Under the pieces are notes generated by a model, which worked only from the letters and a program-made list of their open reading frames with translations, did not search any database and was not told the origin of the DNA. Below are positions 32,818 through 40,333 of a stretch of DNA of 40,333 bases, piece by piece (position 1 is the first letter of the stretch; each line of letters opens with the position of its first letter). Origin of the DNA: a virus (lineage: Duplodnaviria; Caudoviricetes); the IMG/VR virus record IMGVR_UViG_3300011441_000022, positions 1 to 40,333 of that record; one strand, 5' to 3'. The position numbers and the translations under genes are program-made.

Positions 32818-35013
32818 ATGGCAACGTACCGAGTCACCGGGCCTGATGGCACAAAGTATCGGGTAGAGGGTCCTGATGGAGCTTCCCAAGAGGAAGTGTT
32901 AAGCCAGATCCAGGCCTATCGGCAGGGTCCGACAGAGCCGTCTTACGTGAAGCCCGGTGATGTAGCCGGGGCGAAGCGCAAGCTTGGTGTGTCGGGCGAC
33001 GTGCAGCAAGGCTTCACGAACGTACCCCAAGCAGACACAAGCGGCAGGGGCCGCGAGCTGCTTGGCGGTGACACGGTGCTCAATCCTATCGTTGGCCCTA
33101 TCAGCGAAGCCGGCAAAGGCATTGCGCAAGTGGCTGGCGGTGTGAAGGATCTCGTCACCACCAATCCCTTCCAAGGGCCTGATACGCCCGCTCAAGGGCC
33201 TATGGACGCGCTGCGCAACATAGCAGCGTCCCCACTTGGGCAGATCGGCCTGGGCGCTGTGCGCACAGTGGCCGCTCCTTTCGCTCCCGTAGCTGACCTT
33301 GCCTCTGTGCTAGGCGGCGGTGCTGCGAACCTACTGGACAAAGCCGGCATGCCGAAGACAGCCAACGTGGTGGGCGGTGTGGTGCAATCGGCAGGCGACG
33401 TGCTAGGCTCCCTGGGCGCAGCGGGCTACACCAAGCAAGTGGGCAACCTAATCAAGGGCGATCCTCGCACAGCCGACAAGTATCTCAAGTCGTCGCGCAT
33501 GCGGGCTAGGGAAGCTGAAGACGAGTTGGTGCAGTCGACCAAAGCCACCGAAGCAAAGGTGGCCTCGATCAAAAGCGAGACAGAGCAGGGCAAGCGCTTC
33601 GTGAGCGAAGTGGCGGATGAACAGAAAGCTGCCATTCCCACAGCTCAAGAGCTGAAGCAGAAGTTTGCCGCCAATGCTCCTCTTGGCAAAGAGGCGGGGG
33701 CAAGCTGGCAGCAGGGCTACTTCCGCGAGCTGGACACCACCAAGAAGAAATTCAATGAGGCGTATGCCGACAAGCTCAACCGGGGAGCAAGCATCGAGAC
33801 TGTTCCCGAAGACTATCTCGCAGCAGCGAAAGATCTTCGCCAAGCAAGAGGCATGGCAGAGCGTCCTAGCATGGGTCCAGCCGAAGGCGTGGCAGAGCGG
33901 CTAAAGAAATACGACAACCTTGAAGACTACATGGACGACACTGCCAAGGCGCTCCGCGAACAGCTCCGCAGCGGTAGTCCAGCGGAGAAAACCTACGCGG
34001 AAGATGCCCTGAAGGAATTCCTGGGCAAGGGCGCAAAAGAAATGCCGGAGATCCCCACAGTGCGCGATCTCATATTCGAGCGTCAGCGCTTGAAGGCAGG
34101 GCAGCGAGTTGTGTCTTCGGACGCAGCAAAGAATCAATTCGACAGGCTTATCAAGCCCCTCGAAAACGATATCGTCAAAGCAGATGAAACGCTTGCCCGC
34201 GAGCTGTTCGCCGTGGACAACGCTTACAAAAAGGAATTCGTTCCCTACTTCAGCAAAGGCTCTGCCACGCGAGCAATCAGCGAGAAAGACCCTAGCGCGG
34301 TGGTGGATATGATCTTCCAGCCCACAGTGAAGGGCGGACGCATCGGTAGCACTAGCCGCACCGAGGAAACAATCTCACGAGCGCAGGAGCTTCTCCCCGG
34401 CGCAGAATGGGATAAGGTTAAGAAAGCGTTCACGAATAAGTTGATTGAGAACGCCATGGAAGGCGGGGTGTTGAATCAGCAGAAGCTTGTGAAGGAATGG
34501 GGCAAGTATTTAGATCCCGCAGGCAGCAACAACGCAGTGCTCCGCAAGGGGCTAGGCGAAGCCGACTTCCGAAGCATGCAAAGCACCATCAACCAGCTTC
34601 AGCGCAGCACGCCGCAGGGCATTGATGCTTACGCAAAGGATCTCGTGAAGGGCTTAGAGAAGCAGGGTAAGGTGAGCACGGAAACCGTGCTCGCAGCTCA
34701 GAAGACAGTGGAGAAGCGGCTTGTGGAGAAGATAGCGCGGGAGACAGGGAGCAGCACAGAGATGGTTACGAACAGACTCCAAAGCATAGGCTCTGGCGTC
34801 TTCGTGTCAGGCTTGCTCCGTGGTAACACAGCAATCACGCTCGAAGGTGCCGGCCTGGTGGTGGGCTCGAAGGCCCTCGCCACAGTGTTGGGCTCCATGC
34901 GCGGACGCAATGCTTTCAAGGCTCTACTCCGCGCCGCCCCAGGCACATCACAGCGGGCGGCGCATGCTCGAATCATTCAGCAAGTTATCAACCAAGATGG
35001 AGGGAACGAGTAA
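32818..35013 (+). CDS. Large putative ejection protein
   Basis: MATYRVTGPDG..YRVEGP N-terminus, Gly-rich hydrophobic segments, helical core. Confidence 0.65.
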   Translation: MATYRVTGPDGTKYRVEGPDGASQEEVLSQIQAYRQGPTEPSYVKPGDVAGAKRKLGVSGDVQQGFTNVPQADTSGRGRELLGGDTVLNPIVGPISEAGKGIAQVAGGVKDLVTTNPFQGPDTPAQGPMDALRNIAASPLGQIGLGAVRTVAAPFAPVADLASVLGGGAANLLDKAGMPKTANVVGGVVQSAGDVLGSLGAAGYTKQVGNLIKGDPRTADKYLKSSRMRAREAEDELVQSTKATEAKVASIKSETEQGKRFVSEVADEQKAAIPTAQELKQKFAANAPLGKEAGASWQQGYFRELDTTKKKFNEAYADKLNRGASIETVPEDYLAAAKDLRQARGMAERPSMGPAEGVAERLKKYDNLEDYMDDTAKALREQLRSGSPAEKTYAEDALKEFLGKGAKEMPEIPTVRDLIFERQRLKAGQRVVSSDAAKNQFDRLIKPLENDIVKADETLARELFAVDNAYKKEFVPYFSKGSATRAISEKDPSAVVDMIFQPTVKGGRIGSTSRTEETISRAQELLPGAEWDKVKKAFTNKLIENAMEGGVLNQQKLVKEWGKYLDPAGSNNAVLRKGLGEADFRSMQSTINQLQRSTPQGIDAYAKDLVKGLEKQGKVSTETVLAAQKTVEKRLVEKIARETGSSTEMVTNRLQSIGSGVFVSGLLRGNTAITLEGAGLVVGSKALATVLGSMRGRNAFKALLRAAPGTSQRAAHARIIQQVINQDGGNE

Positions 35014-35270
35014 TGGCAGCGAGGCGCAATCAAGTAATGGAAACTCTGAATGAGATTAAAGAAATCATTCAGCGACACACCGAGGCTGACGACCGCAACT
35101 TCAAGGAGCTACGTGCTCTCTTCGACGGTACGGACGCCAACCCCGGCATGAGAATGCGTATCGACCGTATCGAGCAGGCGGCTTTAGCTAAGCACAGCCA
35201 GTTCAAATACGTGTGGAGCGCAATTGCAACAATCGCAGCAGCAGCTATTGTGAAGATTTGGATTGGCTAG
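35013..35270 (+). CDS. Small protein with C-terminal TM helix
   Basis: YVWSAIATIAAAAIVKIWIG; last gene of the late block. Confidence 0.6.
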   Translation: MAARRNQVMETLNEIKEIIQRHTEADDRNFKELRALFDGTDANPGMRMRIDRIEQAALAKHSQFKYVWSAIATIAAAAIVKIWIG

Positions 35271-35469
35271 TCTTCGTGAGAGTCCAACCCATCAAATCAC
35301 AGTAGGTTTGCACGCGGCTGATCTTCCAATTCAACATGTAGGCCGTGATGGGGGCGGAGTGTTTCACCACCCCGTCCCTCACCACGATCCCCACGTTGAA
35401 GTGCGGAGCATCAATTTCCCACAGGCTGTTTGGCCCGCTTGATGATTTCAAGAGGATCTCCTTCTCCAA
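35245..35469 (-). CDS. Phage hypothetical protein
   Basis: IDAPHF..G....G.V...API..YM..W; start uncertain. Confidence 0.55.
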   Translation of the reverse strand: MEKEILLKSSSGPNSLWEIDAPHFNVGIVVRDGVVKHSAPITAYMLNWKISRVQTYCDLMGWTLTKTSQSKSSQ

Positions 35470-35773
35470 CCCAGATCAAAGTGATTTCCTGATTCTCCTC
35501 TTCCTTGCACATCCAATTGCTTTCCTTCTCCAGCTCCTCCATCGCCAGCATGTAACGCTTCACTTCCCCGATCAAGTGCTCAATGAGCTTCACGTCGATG
35601 CTGTGCCGGTACGCGGCCTCTTGGAGCCTGGTGCGGCGGCACATCTGCTTAGCTCCTGGGAGCCCTAAAGCCCTGTATTGATTGAGGAATTCCCTCACAG
35701 TGCGCTTCGGCGGCGTAGCTGGCTTGGCCGGCACCTCCGGGATCGTTTCACAATTATCAATGTTTTCAGTCAC
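35411..35773 (-). CDS. Hypothetical protein
   Basis: GGGAGG RBS before GTG. Confidence 0.6.
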   Translation of the reverse strand: MTENIDNCETIPEVPAKPATPPKRTVREFLNQYRALGLPGAKQMCRRTRLQEAAYRHSIDVKLIEHLIGEVKRYMLAMEELEKESNWMCKEEENQEITLIWVGEGDPLEIIKRAKQPVGN

Positions 35774-35821
35774 TTACAAATCCTCCCTTTCTGGTTGAGG
35801 GGTTAGGCCCACCCTAGCCCC

Positions 35822-36091
35822 CTACGTTAATCCCTGGGCCTCCTGCGAAGCCTGGCGAGCTTTCTTGGTGGCTTGGGCCTTGGCAGCTGCCACTTTCCGG
35901 GCTTCCTTGCGTTCCGGGGCCTGGTAGAGCCGGTGGCCTGGGCGCAGGTGCGGCGGCACGTAGGGAGCCTTGCCCTCGTCAATGAGAGCATTCTTGGCGT
36001 CCCGCGCATCGCAGCAGGGCAAGCAGATCCGGCATACTCGATCCGTAGGCTTGCCACACCAAGCACATTTCCTTTCACTAAGCTTTGACAT
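35822..36091 (-). CDS. Cys-rich basic protein
   Basis: MSKLSERKCAWCGKPTDRVCRICLPCC...; Lys/Ala-rich tail. Confidence 0.55.
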   Translation of the reverse strand: MSKLSERKCAWCGKPTDRVCRICLPCCDARDAKNALIDEGKAPYVPPHLRPGHRLYQAPERKEARKVAAAKAQATKKARQASQEAQGLT

Positions 36092-36287
36092 CTTCGTGCG
36101 CCAGCATTGCGGCATGCTGCCGGCAATACTCCCCCTTCGGTCCCTGTCCCCGCCTGCGTAAGCATTGGTAGGGAATCCAGCCTCCGCTCGAAGGCCACAC
36201 TTCCATGGCACAGCGTTTCTTGTCTTCAGCTGTGCCCTTGGGATTGCCAGCCCATTCCCCATAGCGCTTGTTCTTCGGCGTGCTCAT
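36078..36287 (-). CDS. Hypothetical protein (C...C...C..H)
   Basis: YGEWAGNPKG...RC...QC.R..G.GP.GEYCRQH; TAATG overlap. Confidence 0.65.
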   Translation of the reverse strand: MSTPKNKRYGEWAGNPKGTAEDKKRCAMEVWPSSGGWIPYQCLRRRGQGPKGEYCRQHAAMLAHEDVKA

Positions 36288-36706
36288 TATCGTTTGCCTT
36301 TGGCATCATCGCAAGCGCTGCACTGATCCGGGTCCGGGTTATCATGCGCCGGCTTGTAGGTGGATTTCCTAATCTCGGTTTCCTTCTTCGCCAGCACATA
36401 CTCCGCTCCGTTGATGTTGAAGTAGACGGCAGAGGCATGGTCTTCGTCACGCTCGCCGTTGTACCATTGAAGGAAGTGTCTTAGGGCTGATTCACGGAAG
36501 CGATCATACTCCTCCATGCCGTTGGCCTTCATCCAATTGCGCTTCGCGTATTTCTTCGCTCCCTTAGTGAGATGCTCCGCCCACCGCTTGAACATAGGGC
36601 CGTCGAGCGCCAGGCCAAAGTCGACCTTGTTATCCGTGGTGTCGCGCACCATGCCGCTCTCGAATTGCTGTCTCGCTCCGCTATCCTTCACAGTGAACTC
36701 GCTCAT
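36287..36706 (-). CDS. dATP/dGTP diphosphohydrolase-domain protein (DUF5664-like)
   Basis: KDSGARQQFESGMVRD, GAKKYAKRNW.K, SALRH, EDHASAVYFN. Confidence 0.8.
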   Translation of the reverse strand: MSEFTVKDSGARQQFESGMVRDTTDNKVDFGLALDGPMFKRWAEHLTKGAKKYAKRNWMKANGMEEYDRFRESALRHFLQWYNGERDEDHASAVYFNINGAEYVLAKKETEIRKSTYKPAHDNPDPDQCSACDDAKGKR

Positions 36707-36942
36707 TTTCGTTCCTCCACGACAAGAGTTAATTCGGTGCCCGGTGGGAGTATTTTTACTTTCAAGGGACAGTCAGTGCCCCACGTATTGCGCGGGTTGT
36801 TCAGGCTGATAAGGCCATGGTAGCCCCGCATGATGAAATTCCCGAAGTAGGTGCCCGGTTCTTTCACTTGAGCAACGTCCCCCAACTTCATGTCAAAGGC
36901 ACGGACCACTTGCGCCGCTTCAGCTGTTATTTCAACCTTCAT
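36703..36942 (-). CDS. Hypothetical protein
   Basis: ATGA overlaps on both sides. Confidence 0.6.
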   Translation of the reverse strand: MKVEITAEAAQVVRAFDMKLGDVAQVKEPGTYFGNFIMRGYHGLISLNNPRNTWGTDCPLKVKILPPGTELTLVVEERK

Positions 36943-37286
36943 TTGCCTAGCTCCTTTTCATCGAACACTTCTTCAAGCACCGGCTTCCGCACGATATGCT
37001 TTGTCTCACGCGGCATCACCATGACACGTCCCTCTCCGTTCCCGCGATCCACCCACATGCCTTTCTGGGGCTCAGGAGCGCAGGCAGCGAGCCCGTCATC
37101 GACCACAGCAGGGTCGATGATCATAGGCGGCGGAGCCGGATGACGGGGCACGCTTGCCACGGTGAGCATTTCCAGCAAGGTGTCGAGGATCACATGCCCT
37201 TCCGGGATATCCTCTTTGAGCGGGCATTCCGCTCTGATACGAGAGCGGATAGCGTCCAGCTCCATCACGAAGTCAATCCACTTCAT
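36939..37286 (-). CDS. Hypothetical protein
   Basis: GGGGAG RBS; operon context. Confidence 0.6.
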   Translation of the reverse strand: MKWIDFVMELDAIRSRIRAECPLKEDIPEGHVILDTLLEMLTVASVPRHPAPPPMIIDPAVVDDGLAACAPEPQKGMWVDRGNGEGRVMVMPRETKHIVRKPVLEEVFDEKELGK

Positions 37287-37677
37287 TGTGCTTCTCCCCC
37301 TTGGCGATCTCGGCTAGATAGTAGACGCATTCATCCCAATCAGCAAACTCTTGGTCAGCCAGGTAGTGGAAGACGTTGCTTGGCTTGCCGATAAGCCAAA
37401 GCTGCTTGTGCTGAAACTCGCCCAGGGCGAAGCCCCATTCAGCATTCTTCCCCCCGGTGCTCTGCCGGTTGTCAAGGATGATAAGGTCGGCTCTGCCCAC
37501 TTCGCAGAGATCCTTGATGGCAAGCTTTTTCTTGAACGTGTCATCGTCCATGCCGGCTGGCTTCGCTACCTCTTGAAGCCAGGTGCCGGTGATTTCATGC
37601 CCTTGCGCCCACACACGATGCGCCTCGGGGCGCAGGGCGGCTTGATCGGTGAAAGAACCTGCAATGTAAATCCTCAT
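37273..37677 (-). CDS. Nucleoside 2-deoxyribosyltransferase/N-glycosidase-like protein
   Basis: MRIYIAG...DLCEVGRADLII...GGKNAEWGFA...NVFHYL. Confidence 0.75.
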   Translation of the reverse strand: MRIYIAGSFTDQAALRPEAHRVWAQGHEITGTWLQEVAKPAGMDDDTFKKKLAIKDLCEVGRADLIILDNRQSTGGKNAEWGFALGEFQHKQLWLIGKPSNVFHYLADQEFADWDECVYYLAEIAKGEKHNEVD

Positions 37678-37976
37678 TAGATCCCTCCATTTTCGTATCG
37701 TTTTCGTAGCTCGTAAGACACCACTTCCACAGCAAAGAACACTTGCCACGCCAGCTCATAGGCAAGGCGGTCATCGGGCTCCATCACCTTTGCCCACAAG
37801 TCAGTGGTCATTTTCCGGTAGATGCTATGGGCCGTGGTCCAGCGGGGCTCCGTATGCCACTGATCCATCATCTGCTTGTAGAAGTAATAGCAGCGATCTC
37901 CGGCTTCCACAACGGGAAGCGAGTAGAGCCCGTGGGCGTCGATCTGCTTCCGGCGTTCCTTTTTGATGAACGGCAT
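37677..37976 (-). CDS. Phage hypothetical protein
   Basis: MPFIK..RR...AGD..Y...YE..KR.ENG.I pattern; TAATG overlaps. Confidence 0.65.
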   Translation of the reverse strand: MPFIKKERRKQIDAHGLYSLPVVEAGDRCYYFYKQMMDQWHTEPRWTTAHSIYRKMTTDLWAKVMEPDDRLAYELAWQVFFAVEVVSYELRKRYENGGI

Positions 37977-38269
37977 TATTCCATCTCCTTTTGCTTCTCC
38001 GGTTCAAGCACAGTTATCTCCGTGATTAGCGCTTCGTGAACGTATCCATACATGCCCTCACCTGGCTTCTCCTCGCCAGGGTCGTAGCCTTCCGAATGAC
38101 GTAAGCGTACCACTTCCTCTTCGATGTTATCGATACGCCCAAACTCAACCCACGTTGCAAGAGCCTTAAGGCCCTTTGGTGCTTTCTCAATGGCATATCG
38201 ATCTCCCCCTATCGGGTCCACCCACTTCAGCGAAACGATCTTCCCAATATAAGCACGCGGTACACGCAT
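37976..38269 (-). CDS. Hypothetical protein
   Basis: IVSLKWVD; operon context. Confidence 0.6.
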   Translation of the reverse strand: MRVPRAYIGKIVSLKWVDPIGGDRYAIEKAPKGLKALATWVEFGRIDNIEEEVVRLRHSEGYDPGEEKPGEGMYGYVHEALITEITVLEPEKQKEME

Positions 38270-38270
38270 G

Positions 38271-38405
38271 TCAAGCCCTCGCTAGAAAGAAGTTTGCCAC
38301 AGCGTAGGCCACATAGGAGCAGGCCAGGAAGTAGCTACCCTTGCCAGCTTCATGGACCGCAGCGCCAACGTACAACAACCCGGCTGCAATGGTGAACCAA
38401 TTCAT
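38271..38405 (-). CDS. Small two-TM membrane protein
   Basis: MNWFTIAAGLLYVGAAV...YFLACSYVAYAVANFFL; GGAGG RBS. Confidence 0.6.
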   Translation of the reverse strand: MNWFTIAAGLLYVGAAVHEAGKGSYFLACSYVAYAVANFFLARA

Positions 38406-38479
38406 TTCGGCTTCCTCCGCAGAGGACAGTCGGCGGTGTCGTGCTCTTTGCTTTCGCAATGCCAGCATTTTCCGTTCAT
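38402..38479 (-). CDS. 25-aa CCHC zinc-knuckle peptide
   Basis: MNGKCWHCESKEHDTADCPLRRKPK = C-X2-C-X4-H-X4-C; ATGA overlaps at both ends. Confidence 0.6.
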   Translation of the reverse strand: MNGKCWHCESKEHDTADCPLRRKPK

Positions 38480-38616
38480 AGTTTCCCCCCTTGGTATAGG
38501 TCCATACTGTGCTGGCAAGCTGTGTTGAAGCAAGCCCACCGGATGCAGAAGCTTAGCGCCACCCTGGTAAGGATGGTGTTGCACTTCGGACAGATGATCC
38601 ACTTTCTCCACTTCAC
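38476..38616 (-). CDS. Small zinc-ribbon protein (46 aa, not in ORF track)
   Basis: MKWRKWIICPKCNTILTRVALSFCIRWACFNTACQHSMDLYQGGKL; GTGA/ATGA overlaps. Confidence 0.65.
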   Translation of the reverse strand: MKWRKWIICPKCNTILTRVALSFCIRWACFNTACQHSMDLYQGGKL

Positions 38617-38861
38617 AGCTTGCCTCCCTTAAAGAGCGAGATAGTTCGACTACAGTTGACGTTGATGCAGATGTAAGATGTATGCGTCACTGCCGTGACA
38701 CGCTCCATCAGGGAGCCGCAGGCTCCGCATACTCGTAGCTTCGGCATCGCTTGGGAAGGCCGCTTAGGGCAGTCTTCCTCGTGCTCCTGCATGGCCTTCA
38801 GGGTGCAGTAGCGGTTGCTTTCACAGTGCCGGCACTTCTGCCATTCCAAGCCTTCCGGCAT
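38613..38861 (-). CDS. Double zinc-binding small protein
   Basis: CRHC...HEEDC plus CGAC...CINVNC. Confidence 0.65.
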   Translation of the reverse strand: MPEGLEWQKCRHCESNRYCTLKAMQEHEEDCPKRPSQAMPKLRVCGACGSLMERVTAVTHTSYICINVNCSRTISLFKGGKL

Positions 38862-39055
38862 TACTCCTCCTCGTAGATCTGGTAGGGGCCAGCTGCCCCC
38901 CTCGCATAGAACTTAATCACTGCCCCGTCGAATGTCAACTCTGCCGTAGGCGAAGGCTGTCTGAATTCGTTCTTCGGCAAGAAGAACACCACCGGGTAGT
39001 GCCCCACGTCATAGGGCAAGAACGCTCCGCTCTTGAAGATTAGCAGTGCTTTCAT
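38861..39055 (-). CDS. Hypothetical protein
   Basis: GGAGG RBS; coupled to neighbours. Confidence 0.55.
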   Translation of the reverse strand: MKALLIFKSGAFLPYDVGHYPVVFFLPKNEFRQPSPTAELTFDGAVIKFYARGAAGPYQIYEEE

Positions 39056-39216
39056 CGAGCCTCCGGCACCGCTGTTAAATCAGCAATGAAGTTACCTTGC
39101 GGATTAAGTCGCACAGAGGCCACCGTCACTTCCTGCTTCATCACTTCTTCGTTCAAGTAATAGGTGATAGCCTTGCACATCTGCTCTTGTGTAAAATGCA
39201 GTTCGTCCACTTGCAT
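39052..39216 (-). CDS. Hypothetical protein (54 aa, not in ORF track)
   Basis: MQVDELHFTQEQMCKAITYYLNEE...; overlaps both neighbours' start/stop codons. Confidence 0.6.
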   Translation of the reverse strand: MQVDELHFTQEQMCKAITYYLNEEVMKQEVTVASVRLNPQGNFIADLTAVPEAR

Positions 39217-39917
39217 CACTTCACCCCCTTAGTGTCTTTGCCCCAGGCTCCGCAGTCGTTGCACTGGAAGCGTTTGTAGCGCTGCGTGCCGGTGAAGGCC
39301 ACGCCATGGTATTGGACGTTCCCCCCGCACTTGGGGCACGTCTGCCGATCCTCTTCGAACGACATGCGAGGATGGGCATTATCGAACGGGAGCAAGCGGT
39401 AGTACAGCTCTTCGAGCGCAAGCACGTCCCCCTTGCAATACTCCGCCATTTCCTCCACGGCTTTCATGTCACCCTGCATAGCTCCGAACCACCACAGCGG
39501 CCAGCCAGTGCCTTTCTTGATTTTCTTGTGCTCCAAGTTGAGCGTGTTGCCCAAGTTGTCGAGCCGGTTGGAAGAGTAGTTTGCTGCCTTGCGAGCAATC
39601 ATGCAAGTGTCACGCATCTTCGTGAACGGAATAGCAGGCAGCTTGTGAATCATCAGCCGGCCTTGGATGAAGCGCCGGTCGAACACAGAGCCGAAGTGGG
39701 CCACGGTGAGATCCGCTTCCTTGTAGATCTCGGAGAACTCTTTGAGGAGCGGGCCATCGTTGAACGTCTTGAGATCCTTCTTTTTGATGCAGAGGATCTT
39801 CACCTTGTCTTCGTAATTCCACTTGTAGCCCACCATGAGGCAGAAGCCCAGGTCGGATTTCAGTGCGTTGACGCCGGCAGTCTCGATATCCCAGAAGAGT
39901 ATCTTAGGCTTGTTCAC
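39216..39917 (-). CDS. RNase H-like (DEDD-type) 3'-5' exonuclease with C-terminal zinc ribbon
   Basis: ILFWDIET, AHFGSVFD, SNRLD, YCKGDV; CPKC...CNDC. Confidence 0.85.
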   Translation of the reverse strand: MNKPKILFWDIETAGVNALKSDLGFCLMVGYKWNYEDKVKILCIKKKDLKTFNDGPLLKEFSEIYKEADLTVAHFGSVFDRRFIQGRLMIHKLPAIPFTKMRDTCMIARKAANYSSNRLDNLGNTLNLEHKKIKKGTGWPLWWFGAMQGDMKAVEEMAEYCKGDVLALEELYYRLLPFDNAHPRMSFEEDRQTCPKCGGNVQYHGVAFTGTQRYKRFQCNDCGAWGKDTKGVK

Positions 39918-40279
39918 TTGTTCTCCTTACGAACTTTATTTTCTCGTTTCGTTTTGGTGTCGTGGCAGTCTTTACAAAGGATCTGAAAGCCATCGGGTCC
40001 GCAAAACATTCTCGATATGTATTCGTCAAAGCCTTGCCAGCCTTTCTTCGGGTCAACCACTGGCTTAATGTGGTCAATCGACACTTGCTGGCGAGGGTAG
40101 GTTTCTTCGCAGCCCGCGCATTCATAGAAGTTCCTCACTCGTGGATATTCCTTTTGGATCGCGCTGCTCTTGCCCACTTCCACCTTTGCATCCCGCAAGC
40201 AGGCGTTACGCGGGGGCCAACGGTACGATGCTTTACGCAGGCTCCAGATCACCCACGTCTTCAGGTCTACAGGCTTCAT
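39914..40279 (-). CDS. HNH endonuclease
   Basis: CAGC...IDHIKPV...QILCKDCHDTKT. Confidence 0.85.
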   Translation of the reverse strand: MKPVDLKTWVIWSLRKASYRWPPRNACLRDAKVEVGKSSAIQKEYPRVRNFYECAGCEETYPRQQVSIDHIKPVVDPKKGWQGFDEYISRMFCGPDGFQILCKDCHDTKTKRENKVRKENK

Positions 40280-40333
40280 CTTATGGGTCTTTCCTCATTG
40301 AACCAAAACTCCCTTGTTTGATCGCGCACAAGA

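Noticed and set aside
36287-36706. Z-genome (diaminopurine) system
   Set aside because: No purZ is visible in the window, and the DUF5664-like domain alone is insufficient.
38402-38611. 69-aa ORF as listed in the track
   Set aside because: Better explained by two coupled ORFs (38476-38616 and 38402-38479) with start/stop overlaps and Zn motifs.

Overview
The window is most of a tailed dsDNA phage genome with podovirus-like architecture: P22-type portal, N4-gp56/DUF4043-like capsid, ejection-type proteins and no tape measure. It has three blocks. (1) 1-8452 is a minus-strand early/accessory block of tightly coupled small genes, including a short serine recombinase, a sigma-region-4-like protein, an XRE HTH, an HD (p)ppGpp hydrolase, DUF932 and GP88-like proteins. 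(2) 9033-35270 is a plus-strand packaging/morphogenesis block with two atypical tRNAs between terS and terL. (3) 35245-40333 is a minus-strand nucleotide-metabolism/nuclease block. No DNA polymerase or helicase is recognisable, so the genome probably extends beyond the window. Two features stand out. First, a translationally coupled cassette (methyltransferase-Maf/DUF115 fusion, NeuB-type nonulosonate synthase, SpsF-type cytidylyltransferase) is embedded among Ser/Thr-rich head genes, suggesting virion glycosylation with a sialic-acid-like sugar. Second, seven sigma54 (-24/-12) motifs, a perfect IHF site and a TGT-N10-ACA element sit in the divergent control region 8481-8851. There is also an AGCT-saturated triple-hairpin array at 4917-5153. 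All family calls come from reading motifs by eye; no database searches were run.
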